A stretch of DNA of 64,000 nt. Origin: Proteromonas lacertae (lineage: Eukaryota). The notes under the pieces were generated by a model, which did not search any database, was not told where the DNA came from, and worked only from the letters and a program-made list of their open reading frames with translations. The translations under genes were made by a program, and so were the position numbers. The DNA lies in assembly GCA_002245135.1 (NCBI GenBank), contig NGBS01000588.1, positions 124,001 to 188,000 of the forward strand, read 5' to 3'. Positions 40,343 to 54,941 of the stretch are shown piece after piece. How positions within the stretch are numbered: the first letter of the stretch is position 1; each line of letters begins with the position of its first letter.

Positions 40343-41768
40343 TTAATCTTGATGAGAAACTGATAATAATTCTATTGAACAACCAAATGGACCTAATACA
40401 GCATATGAATATAATGGAGAAGGTAAATCTTTAACAAGTAAAACAGGAGATGAATCATTATGACTAATCCAAAATTCTCTTTTATTCATATTAACAATCA
40501 CTTCATAAATTGAACCATCTCCACAATCATTGAATTTTGGATTTCTAGTTAACAACTCTTCCAATATGACAATATTCAGTAATATCTACACTTATACCAA
40601 TATAAGCATAATAATTACATGTTGTTGATTGTTCATAGAATATCATCGCCAGAATATGATATTATTAGTTGCATAATCCTATAAAATACCATCAAATAAA
40701 CGTCATTGTATAATGACATTTATATTTGATATGATAAATTCCATTTTCCATTTTCAAATTTAGATAACAATGATTACAACCATCAGATATATTTGTTCAT
40801 TAATTTTCCATTATTTGATATTTGCTATTCCATCACCTTTGTTTAATTCTGTGAATTTTATTTCTTCTTCTTGCTTCAAATGGAATTACTGGAAGCTCTG
40901 CTACATTTAATTCTATTTTATAATATCATAATTACCATATTACATACTTTTCAATTCAGCAATCACTTCATTCAATGTCAATCGTCCATTCTTTTCTTTA
41001 ACAATTATCCTTCTTAGAAATGAGTTTAATTTATCTCCATTTTCACATTCTAATGGAATATATTTCGCATTTTCGATATTCTTCATTGTTTCTAACATGT
41101 TTGAACCAAGAAATGGATATTTACCACTTACTATATAATAAAACACTAAGCCAAAATTTCAAAATATCACTTGATATATCTAATTCTTTTCCCTAATAAT
41201 TCATCTACACATACAAAGCATATATCATCTATTACAGTTATTCTTCTTCCTTCTCTTCCTTTGATATAACAAATAGATTTATAATAGTCACTCATATATC
41301 ACTTCATTTTCATCATTTAAAAAGATATTGGATGGTTTTAAATCACTGTGAATTGTTCCAACTTTCATGCAATCCCTTTAATACATTCAGTATTCCATTC
41401 AATACTCCAAATGGACCACTCTCTTTGAAATACTGCATAGGGCTTATTATATCTAAATGAGTTTTATATTCTCTCATTATTCGATATAAATACTTTTCAT
41501 TCATTTCGATTATTTTATACTTCACTAATCCATGAATATTTAAACTGTTAACTTTGTTCATTGTTTCTACCACTTCATCTACTACTTTTGATTCTAACTC
41601 ACTCATATCCAATATCTTTAATAATTTCTTTGATCCAGTAGCAGTTTCTCTTATTCTCAATATCCTATCTTTGTATAAACACTCACTCAACAACTAAAAT
41701 AAAACAATATAAAACAATATTTATACTTCATATTTGTGATTGTTCAACCATGTAGTAAATGAATTCAT
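40343..41768 (-). pseudogene. Kinase plus SPRY gene of the modular family, with several frameshifts
   Basis: HSDLKPSNI is recoverable across a frameshift; GKYPFLG present. The C-terminal module is nearly identical to 54385-54897. Multiple indels in 40560-41370 (decay or assembly error). Confidence 0.75.
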
Positions 41769-43107
41769 TTATTATGATCAATATTCCCTTCTACAACAAG
41801 AATAAATGACAATTTTAAATTCAAGCTTTTTACACTTAGGCTTGATTTTCATTTCTTCTTTTTTACATAATTTTCAAAACAAAAATATTGACAAAATTGA
41901 TTATTGAAATATTTTTAAATACAAATCTTTCAAAAAATAATTATAAACATCATAATTGTTATTCAATTACTTTTTTACCTTATTTTCCAACAACTAATCA
42001 TCGATATAATTGTTTATGACTAAATATGAAACTATATACTTACCATATATACACTATAAACCTAAAAAAATAAAATGAATTTCTTAATCTATAATTAAAA
42101 ATGGAGGAAGTGTTAAAAAACACTCTCACTCCGTTTCTCACTCTTAAAAAGAAGTGAGAAAATGTAAAAAAGGGGATATATAAATATAAAATTAATATAA
42201 TACGAAATAATATATAAAAAGTACTGTAAATAAGTGTAATAATAATAATAATATGATTTGTAATGTAAAATAATTGAAATAAATTGATAATAAAAGTGTG
42301 TGTAAAAATATAAAAAAAGTACCAAAAACTGGATTGGATATATATATGTAAAGTATAAATAAATAAAAACCATTTTCCTCTATATAATTGTGTGTAACAG
42401 GTAAATTAATAATTATAATAAGTAATCAGCTGATTTTCATAATATATAAAGTGAGCATATATATGCGTATAATATAAACATTTCATTTGCTTGAAACATT
42501 GAGTATAAAAAATATAACAGCAAGACATTAAATGTAGACATTGATAAAGTTTCAATTGGTAAAAAATAAAAAGATGTAACAAGACTGTATAACTGGATAT
42601 AACTATAGAATAGAAAACTCACTGAAAACTGAATGATCTTCAAATAAACTGTCTTCTTATGCTTCAAAACACTTGCGCTGTATTTTCATTGATGATTTAT
42701 TTTTGTTACCCATTTCAGACACTTACGCAGACTTTTCTTACCTGTGTAATCTGTTTATGCTATTGTACCAAACTGTTACGCTAATTGAAAGACATCTCTT
42801 ATGAATCTATAACACTCTCAAACATATTTTATTTTCTTGTGATGCTGAATGAAGAATATAACCCAAATAAAAAGTAACACTGAATTTTAGTTATGCTATC
42901 TATCAAAAATCACCTATTAAACGATAATGATCTATAAATAATATTATACTATCCTTACTTCACCTCAAATACGAAAAAAACTTCATCTCAATTCAACCAA
43001 TAAATTTCTTATAAATTTCAGCCAATAAAAACCCATTCAATAAAAATACAGTGTATTAACAATACACTGTATTAATAAAAAAACACGAATAAAACTTAAA
43101 CCAAATA

Positions 43108-46100
43108 TTATTCTATATCGCTTCCATATGCAATGAAATCTTCAAGATCAGCAAATCCATCTGACCCACTTTCTTCTTCAAGAAGTTCATCCAATACAGG
43201 ATTTCTACTATGATTTCTTCCTCTATACTGTTTTCTTTTAATTGGAGATGGAGTAATTATCTTATTATCTTTATTCTGTTGTAAATAATCATTCAATAAT
43301 CTTTCAATATCATCATCTTTCTTGAATTTTGTCTGTAACAACTGAATATTCTTAAAAAGTGTTTCAAATGATTTATAAAAGAGAGATGTTACACTAATAC
43401 CATTAGAATCTATAATTTTATTAATTGAAAGCAATAATATATTCAATATTCTGAATAAACTATATACTTCCTCATTCACTTCATTTTTCTTCTTTGCCAT
43501 TATCATTTAAGTATAACATAACATGTTTCCAAAATATATTTATTCTATTACATATAGAAACAATAACTGAAATATAATTTGGAATATTTGATGTAATTTG
43601 AAAGTTGTTATTATAGAATAAGAATCTAAGAATAACAACTATTTTTATATCGTTCTTTAATACCTCCTTATAATTAGAATTGCTATTATTACTGTTAATA
43701 TCATTTATAATTCTTTTAAAATTGGATAGTATAGTAGGAATAAGTGTATTATAAATATCACTGTGTATTTTATATTCTATTGCAGTTGAATTACCATTAA
43801 TCAAAGTATTATCAACATAACTATTGATTAAACCAATAATTCTTTTATCTATATTACAGTATTCTATATGAAATTTATCTGTAACGGTATAATTTTTAAT
43901 ATAATTTTGGATTAACTGCTGTACAATAATTAAAGAATCATCTAATGGCATATAATTGAAGATGATATTCAGTATTGATTTAATTATTGAACCATATCGT
44001 ATTTGGTATATTAAAACTGATTGAAAACCTGCTTCAACAAGTATTTTATTGTTATTATTCAATGGAAGTAAGTTTTCTAATATCTATTCAATATTATGAA
44101 TATATATATATATATATTATACACTTAAATATGATTTAAACATCGAATAAAGTATGGAGTTAATTAATCCATTTTTCAGTTCTTCACACCAAAACAATAT
44201 GCATTTTTCAATTGAAATATTATCATCCATTAAACTAATAACTATTGTTTTATGAATATCTAAATAATAATCTGTCAAATCAAAAAAATGATAAAACTGT
44301 ATATTGGAGAATATAAATGATAAAATAGATAATAAGTTGTCTCTATATTCGATATAAAAGTCAATATCTTTATCATTCTATTATTATTAAATATAATAAA
44401 TAATATATACTTTTATTCTCACTTTATCAGTTAAATAAGGATGAAATTGCTTTAAAGATACAGCAACAACTTCATAGGGGACTTAATAATATAATATATT
44501 AATATAATTATACAAATATCTGTTTTTATATATAATTTCAATAGATTACGCAATGCTTTTGTATATATTTTATCAATAACATCGTTATTGTATTCTTTTG
44601 GAATATTCATGATTATTTTCTTATACACTTTTAATATTTCATTTATCAATAAATTCATATATACTGTAGAATCTAATAAATAACTCCAATTTTCTTCTTT
44701 TAATATTAAACTTATTATTTCAATAATAGATTCGTAGGTTAATAATGTCTTTTTCATATTCTCATTTTCACTATTATTTACTTTGATTGATGTTGATGTT
44801 AATGATGATGTTGATGTATTTGATTTTTGATAGTATTTCAATAATGAATAAATGTGAATTAAATAAATCTTTTTTTCATCACTTATACTCTTACTATTAT
44901 AATAAACAAAATAATTAATCAGCGATTCATATATTGGTATTAATAATTGAATATTTGTGAGAAATAAAGAAGAAAAACATACAGAATTAACAAATGGCAT
45001 TTTTCTTCGAATTTTCTGGATTTTTCCATTTTCTATTATTATATCATCACATTCTAAATATTCAGTGTTATTACTACTATTATTCGATTTTATCAATAAT
45101 GATATATATTCATTATCAGTAAATTTTGATATTAACATTTCATACAATTCAGTTATATTATAATTGTTATGAAATATTAAAGGATCCATCATATTGTCTT
45201 TATTAAACGAATAAAATAACGGTATAATATTCAGTAAATGCCCAACTGATTCATAGATGGTTATTGTTTCTTGTATTTCTCCTGTATTTGGTAATGTGAT
45301 TTCTTTAACATCATAACATCTTTCAAAATAGAAGATAAACGGTGAAAACTGAAAAAACCTTGAGATTAATAAGGACAAAGGTGAAAATTTTGAAATAAAG
45401 AAATAATCATAGAAATATACTAAACATTCTTTTAATATATTCTTTTTATAAAGTGTAAGTTCAAATAAATGAGTTACAAATAATATCTCTCTTGAAAATG
45501 AATTAAAATATTCACTTAAAATACTCATCATCATTTGATTCTATTATAAATATAAATATATAATATTTATAACAATAATATACTTCTTCATGTATTTGTT
45601 GTATTATAACACATTCTAAGTATATCTTCATACATGAATCTGATATATATTTCTTTGAGTTATTAAATCCTTTTCTTAATGTTAATATGAATGTATCAAT
45701 CATACTATTATTTGAATTTGATCTTGTTGATGATAAAGTGATGTTAATTAAAATACATAAGAATGGATATAATATAGTGGATTGCATTGAATTAATATTA
45801 CAAAGTATATCTGATAGAGTTGATAATTTCATTATTTCATTATAATGATGATTGTTGTTATTATATAATGGCAAATTGCTTAATGTATAGCATATGGATT
45901 GAGATGTATCTTTATGACGCAATATATACTGAATAGATGAATTAAATAAATAGGCTTGCTTATCCTCAAACTATTATACAACATAAATAACATTAATAAA
46001 TATATACTATATTGAATAAAGATGCTAGTAAATGGTTTGATATAAAATTGTTTTTCCTATTGTTGTTGTTGTTGTTGTTGTTGTTATATGTATTTATATA

Positions 46101-47113
46101 GAATATATAGTTCAAGAACAAATTATAACTTCGAGATAAATACATATTGTATTTGTGATGGAAAAATAACTGAAAATCATTGGAGGAATTTACTATAATA
46201 AGAATAAATACATTTAAAAAAATACAGTTAGTGAAATAATATGAAAATATCTTATATATATCATATTTATAAGAATTTTCACCTTCTAATATCGTTATAA
46301 TATTACTAATATCGCCAATTCCATGAAAAAATAAAAGTATAAAATATATATCATTTTGTGTTATTATCATTTTCATATTTCTATTGTTTATCTTTGTCTT
46401 TGATAAATAATATTTCACTATACATTCTTGATGAGCTAATGGTGAATTCTATAATAATAATAATAATAACATATGAATAATACAATGTTTCTGATCAATA
46501 AATCAGTCAAAAAAGAATCGTTCACTTTTTCTATTGAATTATTCCATAACAACCTTAAACTATCGATATATCTGAAATCTTTTGTTTCTAAGTAACAATT
46601 GAATAATAGTGTGTATAATTTGTCAAAATTGTCGGTGTTTGTAAAGGATAAGATTGAATTCTGCATTTCTAAAAATAAATTATCTTTCAAATGAGGTTCT
46701 ATTTTCTTGTAAATATCAGTAATAAAAATAATTAGTGGTTCTATTGCATTTATATTCCATTTTTGTGTAGCTAACGACAACAAAACGTCATTTTGGTATG
46801 TCTCTGGTATTATAAGAAATAAAACCTTAATTATTTCTAACAGTTTTATATCTCCATAAGTAAGACTGTTATTATTTTCATTTTGTTTAATAAAACGAGC
46901 AATCGCTGATTTCATAATATTCGCACAGTCTTCTATTTCATTAAAATCTATTTTTTGTATTAGAGATAGTTGATCTATATATTCATGTAATTCTTTTATG
47001 TTTTCATCAGTTTGAATGACTTCTAAATGATATTTCTATAAATTCCATAAACACATAAAACATACATCAATGAAACATTTTAAATTCTGTGCTACACTCA
47101 TCTGATCACTCAT
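43108..47113 (-). CDS. Large low-complexity helical protein with a conserved-looking acidic C-terminal motif
   Basis: ATG at 47113 and a chain of ORFs joined by short introns, ending SRNPVLDELLEEESGSDGFADLEDFI. Frame change near 43484. Confidence 0.65.
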
Positions 47114-47189
47114 AATTTATAATAGTTCAAATAAGATTTTCAAACCTAATGTCAAGCTTCTTTTACATCTTTTTTGTTTATGTTCAAAA

Positions 47190-48514
47190 ATGAGACCTAA
47201 ACTAGAAGACAAAGCGTTGCTACTTGCAAAATGCTTATACTGTATAGATATTTTATTTTATTATGTAGTAAATGAGCAGGAGGTTAGAATAGTAGGAAAA
47301 TCTTACAACAGACTTTTAAAGAAATAGTATTCTTTTAAATGATTAATTCATTATTATTTCTAGTGGTTTGCGTTTCTCCTTTAGTTGTTCTTGATTCAAA
47401 GATTGCTCCTAATCCTGTTCATACTTTGTTTTGCCTAATATTTTGTATATTATTTGTTAAATATTCCAAATCTATAGCTGAGTTTACATACCAAGATTAC
47501 TTTTGGTATATTGTGTCAGTGACGTTTCTTCCAGTTGAATATTTGCTTAAATGTATATATATATTTATAAACAAATATGTAATGATATAGTACTTCTATC
47601 TGCCTGTGATATTCTTACAACAATACCAATTACTCGTGTTAATTTAATGTTATTTTTCCTCAAAATTAGGTTTAAACATTGTCCCATCAGATGTAGAAAA
47701 TGTATTATTGGAAATAGGTAAGAAAGAAGAAACATTTTTTACATTTGATGATTTTCTACACCTGTACGAGATTAATTCTGATTTATATTTACAGCTTAAA
47801 CTGTTAAAAGAAAGTTTCATTGAAAATATATTCAGTCAAGTAATATATAAACATATTCAAATCCGACTGAAAAACATCAAATACATTCTTCACTATAATG
47901 ATCAATACAATTCATTCCCTTCAGATCCATGTTTTTGGAAATTCTCCACATTGTTTCTACATAAACCACCTATTAATAAATACGACTATTGTATAACATC
48001 TACAACTAAAAGAACTAAAACAATTGATAGTTTAATATCATACTTTAGTTCATTATATAGAAAAACTCAAATATCTGGAAAAACAAACAATAATAACAAT
48101 AATCATAAATATGTAATGCATAAAACATCAATCGAATATATTCACAACGGCAAAATCATCCATAAGCGATGTTCCAGCGCATGTGATGTTAATAATTTAA
48201 TCAATCAAAATAATAATACAGTTTATATTAGAAAGACTAAGAATGCTAGTGTTCCAAGAAGTAATAGAAGTTTAACACATGTCTCCTCGCCTTTATTCGT
48301 AAAGAAAAGTAATACAGTACTTCCGACTAGTTTTAATGATATTGAAAATGATTATGAAATTTCCCCAACATTTGCAGCATTATCATCAGCTGCAGGACAA
48401 GGAATTGTTAATTATAATGTTAATAATATGCATTCTCCTCGAAAGAGGTCAAGTTTTCACAATGATCAAGTGGATGTCAGTGAGATTGTTATTCCTGGTT
48501 TAATAGAAGAATAG
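47190..48514 (+). CDS. Degenerate EF-hand protein, distant homolog of the 500-5104 paralogs
   Basis: AKCLYL|NEQEV has the same intron position and phase as CKTLFL|NNYEV; HKPPINKYDYC matches NKPPPYHYDYC. Two apparent +1 shifts (about 47367 and 47658). Confidence 0.72.
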
Positions 48515-48664
48515 TGTATGTCTTTTTTTATTTAGTGAAATGCTTATAATGTGATTTAATTTTATATTTTTTAATTTAGTGGTTAGTTTTATGTTAGATG
48601 GTCAATATTTGTATATAATATATAGATTAATATGTTTGTATTTTTTAATTATAATTATTTATTT

Positions 48665-49749
48665 TTATAACTTTTCTCTCAACATATCTTCTACTTTTTC
48701 AGTATCCTTAGCAAATCTTCTAATACCATCAGATAATAATTCAGTAGCCATTTGATCTTCTATAAATACAAATTATATAATTTATATACCATTTAACATC
48801 CATCTAAATTCAGATTCAGTCACACTTACTTGTTCCCCTTCATATTTCACAGATTTAGCTGTCAATGGTGGAAATGGTAATTCTTTACTCTCTTCCTTCA
48901 TCATTTCATCTAAATAACTTGGAGAAATTGTCAATTTATCACATCCAGCTAAACCTAACACTTCTTTAGCTGATCGGAAGGATGCTCCCATTACAATAGT
49001 TGGAATATTGAACTTCTTATAATAACTGTAGATTGTTCTAACACCTTTAACACCTGGATCTTCTAAAACTTCATAAGCGTCTTTTCTTCCTTCATGTTTC
49101 ATATACCAATCACGAATTCTACCTACAAATGGTGAAATTAAAGTGGCATGAGATTGTGCTGCAGCTACGGCTTGACAGAATGAGAATAATAACGTCATGT
49201 TACAGTGAATACCTTCAGCTTCTAATACTTGACATGCCTTCATTCCTTCCCATGTAGATGCTATTTTGATTAAAATTCTATCTCTCTTAATTCCTTCATC
49301 TTCATACATCTTGATTATAGAACGAGCTCTATAAGATTATACATTTACAAATATACTTTTCAATAGTTTTTTCTGTATCAAAACTTAAACGAGCATCAAC
49401 TTCAGTTGATACATAACCTGGAATGGATTTTAAGATTTCTTTACCGAAATTTACCGAAACTCTGTCAAAAAATACACTCATAATCTTTTTGTTATCTTTA
49501 CCTCCAACTTTCTAACAATAAATTCAACAAAAACATACTTTGGCATATTCAATAGCTTCATCGATTAAAGCACGGTATTCTGGCTTTTGAGAAGCTTGGA
49601 GACTAAACATTATTAACGATTTTTAAAAAATACATTAAAGATGGATTTGTTGTTGCATCAGTTGGTTTTAAACGTTTAATTGTTTCAATGTCACCAGTAT
49701 CAGCAACAATTTGAGTAACAGCACGGAGATGATCAAGAGTATTTGGCAT
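48665..49749 (-). CDS. TALDO1: Transaldolase
   Basis: [50 protein letters not shown]. Confidence 0.97.
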
Positions 49750-49960
49750 TTTTCGAAAGAATTCTTGTTTGAGAGTAATTCGAGCTTTTTCTTTTATCTT
49801 CTGTTTTTTTCTTATAGAAAATTTGAGTTTATTAAAGAATTTCAAAATTGGTAAATAAATAAATGCCCATTTACATTGGTCTATTTTTGTGAAGTGTTTA
49901 TGATCAATATGTTAAGTAGGTTTGATTCCTCTCAAATAATTTCTTAAAACTTCTTTGATT

Positions 49961-50316
49961 ATGGAGACTATTAATAAGTGTATATCTGAGAATAAGGTGT
50001 TTATTTTTTCTAAGACCTATTGTCCTTATTGTGATAAAGCTAAAAATGCATTAGATTCAATTGGAGTGAAATATGGATTACTTGAACTTGATGAGTATTC
50101 ACATTGTTATTATGCTATATAGAATACCTGAAGGCAGTAAAATACAAGATGCTTTAGCCAAAATGACTGGTAGAAGAACAGTTCCAAATGTTTTCATAAA
50201 TGGCAAAACAATAGGTGGAGGTATTAATTTATAGGTAATAGCCAATATATCTAATAGGGAATGAAACTGATGCAAAAGTGAAAAGTGGTGAAGTTCAACG
50301 ATTATTGAAAGAATAA
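49961..50316 (+). CDS. Dithiol glutaredoxin 1 (2 introns)
   Basis: FSKTYCPYC, RTVPNVFINGKTIGG. Confidence 0.95.
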
Positions 50317-50438
50317 AACTATATATAACGAAGAAAATATAAAAACTAATCATTTTAATCATTTTTGTATTGGATCACTTCATTATATCACTTTTGAATA
50401 TCACTTTTTTTAATTCACTTTTATTTGTGAAAAAAACA

Positions 50439-50793
50439 ATGGAAGCTCTTACTAAATTAATACAAAGAACACCTGTTATTATCTTTTCAAAATCGTTTTG
50501 TCCATACTGCACAAGAGCAAAACAAGCACTAGACAGTATTGGAGTTAAATATGAAGTAATGGAGTTGAATAAGTATAATATTTGTTTATTCTTTACTTAT
50601 TATTATAGAAGACCTGATGGAAACATTCTTCAATATGTTTTATATCAAAAGACAGGAATATCAACTGTCCCAAACATATTTGTGAAAGGAAAATCTATTG
50701 GTGGATGTATTAACATATCATTATATATATTACATAGCTGAAGAATGTCTTGAGAAAGTGGATAACGGTGAATTGCTCAATATGCTTAAATAA
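50439..50793 (+). CDS. Dithiol glutaredoxin 2 (2 introns)
   Basis: FSKSFCPYC, STVPNIFVKGKSIGG. Confidence 0.95.
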
Positions 50794-51084
50794 AATTATA
50801 GATTACTTTGGATATGTTGATATATATTTGTTGTTTATTAACATTACGTAAATATGAGTAAATAATATCTCTACGATAAATATCTATATTAATTCACCTA
50901 AATATGTCTATTTAACCTACTATAAAATAAATAAACTCTAATCTCTACAATTATTATGTTTAATTCATTAAACACTTACAAATATGCAATCAAAACAATT
51001 ACAACATTTCAAATGTTATTCGATGTATATTTCATTACATCAATACACTTTAGATATGTTTTAAATCACTATTTCTCCATGTTA

Positions 51085-51210
51085 TTTCTCATTCTTCTTT
51101 TATTCAATGTAACTGATTTGAATAAGAATGAAACGAATATTTTTCAAATTTTGTTCCAAAATTTTATTTCATCAAACAAAAGTAATAAACAACGAAATGA
51201 AGCAACATGG
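51085..51210 (+). repeat. Direct repeat copy 1: decayed promoter and first exon of a BTB-family gene
   Basis: TTTCTCATTCTTCTTTTATTCAATGTAACTGATTTGAATA is identical to the sequence from 52677, followed by degenerate similarity. Confidence 0.85.
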
Positions 51211-51306
51211 TTAAAATACTGTCATTATACACATTGATGTATTGATACATTTCTTTGAATCACTTTTAAAATCACTTATCAAAATTCGTTTAGATTATCA
51301 TTTATA

Positions 51307-51657
51307 ATGGAAACTATTACCAAATTAATATCAAAAACACCAGTTTTTGTGTTTTCAAAATCATATTGTCCTTATTGTTTAAGAGCAAAACAAGCATTAC
51401 GAAGTATAGGAGTTAAATATGAAGTGATGGAATTAAATAAGTATACTCACTTAATTAATATCATTTTATACAGGAGACCTGATGGAAGTATAATACAAGA
51501 TGCTTTACTTCAACTGACAGGAAGATCAACAGTTCCAAACGTATTTGTGAAAGGAAAATCGATTGGTGGATGTATATTAATTATGATTATTTATCATATA
51601 GCTGAAGAATGTGTAGAAAAAGTGAATAATGGTGAATTACTTAATATGCTTAAATAA
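51307..51657 (+). CDS. Dithiol glutaredoxin 3 (2 introns)
   Basis: FSKSYCPYC, STVPNVFVKGKSIGG. Closest to glutaredoxin 2. Confidence 0.95.
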   Translation: METITKLISKTPVFVFSKSYCPYCLRAKQALRSIGVKYEVMELNKYTHLINIILYRRPDGSIIQDALLQLTGRSTVPNVFVKGKSIGGCILIMIIYHIAEECVEKVNNGELLNMLK

Positions 51658-51695
51658 TTATTAAATATTGTCATTAAATAAATAATTTGATGTAA

Positions 51696-52558
<863 letters not shown>

Positions 52559-52676
52559 TAATTTTACTCTACATATAAGTAAAATTACTATTAACAATTT
52601 TTCAACACATATTTCAGTTTCATAATTTACATAAATACTTACTTTATTTATTTTATATTTTCATTTACTCATATCG

Positions 52677-52804
52677 TTTCTCATTCTTCTTTTATTCAAT
52701 GTAACTGATTTGAATATAAATAAAACGAATTCTTTTCGCTAATTGTTCCAAAATCAATATTTTGCTGAAATGAAAGTAATTGATAATGAAATCGGTAATT
52801 GTGG
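52677..52804 (+). repeat. Direct repeat copy 2: upstream region and first exon of the BTB gene
   Basis: Matches copy 1 and contains the ATG at 52770. Confidence 0.85.
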
Positions 52805-54897
52805 GTATAAATGATAATATTTAATTTTCTAGATTAAGTCGAATACTAGTGAATAATGGTTTTGGTGATTTGAAAATAAAAGTGGGTAATGAGATAGTAA
52901 TGAGTATAAAAAGTATCTTGATGAATGGAAATGAAACAATAAAGAAGTTATTATTAGATGAGCAAATGACAGGAGTATTAGAGTTATATGAAAAATGTGA
53001 AATAAACTCATTTTTAGAAATAGAAAAATTCTACAGTGGTGGATGTATGGAAATAAATGAAGATAATATTTGTGATATATTGAGATTTAGTATTTATTAC
53101 AATGATAATCGAATAATGAGAATCTGTGAGAAATATTTAAAGAATCATCTAAACAATTCAATAATGATTGAAATATTCGATATACTTTATAATATGAATA
53201 TAAAGAATGAGATGTTGAATAAACTAGAAAAATTCAGTGAAGAAAGTATGAAAATTGATGGATTTACATATCTAAATGATGGTATGAATATACAATAATA
53301 ATGTTAAATAGATGAATTATTACTAAAACTAAATATAAAATCCATAAAATTCATATTAGGTAATAAAAAATTGATAATTAAAAATAAGAAGTGGTTGTTA
53401 AATCAATTATTAAAATGGTATATATATACACTTGAGGGAAAAGAAGATAATGAAGAAGAAGTGAGAGAATTTGTGAAATTAATAAAACATGAAATGAACA
53501 TATTTGATATAAAGAAAGAAGAAATCGAAGAAGAATATTTGGAAGAATTGAATGAGTTAGGAATAGAAATCTTAAATAATCGAAGTGAATATATGTGTAT
53601 TACAAATATTGATGAGATAATAAATAAAGAGTTAATCGAAATAATTCATGATTATTATATTGATGAAGAAAGTGAAATAGAATTAAGAGAAAATGAAATA
53701 GAAATGTTGTATAAAGAAGATGTAGAAGAAGATTTAATAAGATTATTATATAATGAAGATGTAAAGTTAATAGAAATAGTATTGAATATAATATTGGAGA
53801 TGAATATGTGTGATATAATTCCTTCTGAAATAAAGAATAAATTGCTAAGTATAATAATCAGTGAGTATAATAAAAATAAGAGAAATAGGTCATTGAAGTG
53901 TTTATGTTTGTTTGTTGATAATAGAGACGATATGACTATAATCGTAAGGCTATGTGGAAAAGCAACTCTTTGCAGGATATTAAATAATGTCTGTTATATA
54001 AATTCACAAAATAGAGATTTATTAATCAAATATATATATGAAATGAAATTGAGTGAGAGTGAAGAAGAAGAAATGCATAAAATAATTAATGAAGAATTAT
54101 TTAGAAGAATAAAAATGAAAGAAATCACATCATTTTCATATCCTCAATCAGAATATTTATTAATGGTAAATGAAGAAATTTCAATAAATCCTTCATTTGA
54201 TGGAGAGTATTGTGAATTTTCAATAAAACCACCTTTACCTGATGGAATAGTATTAGAAAAAGAAAATGGAAAAATTCATGGAAAAGTGAATAAAGAAATT
54301 GAAAAGAGAGAATATGAAATAACCTGTAAGAATATTCGAAGTGAAAATACATTCAAAATATTATTAGAATTTGAAGAAGGAATATTCACAGAATTAAACA
54401 AAAGTGATAAAATATCAATCTCAAATAATGGAAAAGAAATAACAAAAACAAAATATTATTTTGGTTATTGTCATTGTTATTTGAATTTAAAAATGGAAAA
54501 TGGAGTTTATCATATCAAATATCAATTTCATCAAAATGGAAGTGAAGATGATGAAATGATGTTAGGATTATCAACTAATAATACATATTCTGATAATGAT
54601 ATTGATGAACGATCAACAACATGTAATTATGTTGCATATAATGGTGAAAGTCAAGATATTACTTCATATTGTCATATTGGAAGAGTTGTTACTGAAAATC
54701 CAAATTTCAATAATCATGGAGATGGTTCAATTTATGAAGTGATTGTTGATATGAATAAAAGAGAATTTTGGATTTCTCATAATGATTCATCTCCTGTTTT
54801 ACTTGTTAAAGATTTACCTTCTCCATTATATTCATTTGCTGCATTATTCATTTTAGACACATCAATAGAATTATTATCAGTTTCTCATCGCAATTAA
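52770..54897 (+). CDS. BTB/BACK plus putative Ig-like plus SPRY modular protein
   Basis: BTB (GDLKIKVGNE...KFYSGGCMEINEDNICDIL...ICEKYL); Ig-like repeat (FSIKPPLPDGIVLEKENGKIHG); SPRY-like C-terminus (GSIYEVIVDMNKREFWIS...LPSPLYSFAAL). Two introns. Confidence 0.8.
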
Positions 54898-54941
54898 ATA
54901 TCTTTATCTTTAATAAACAAAATATAACACAATTATAAAAA

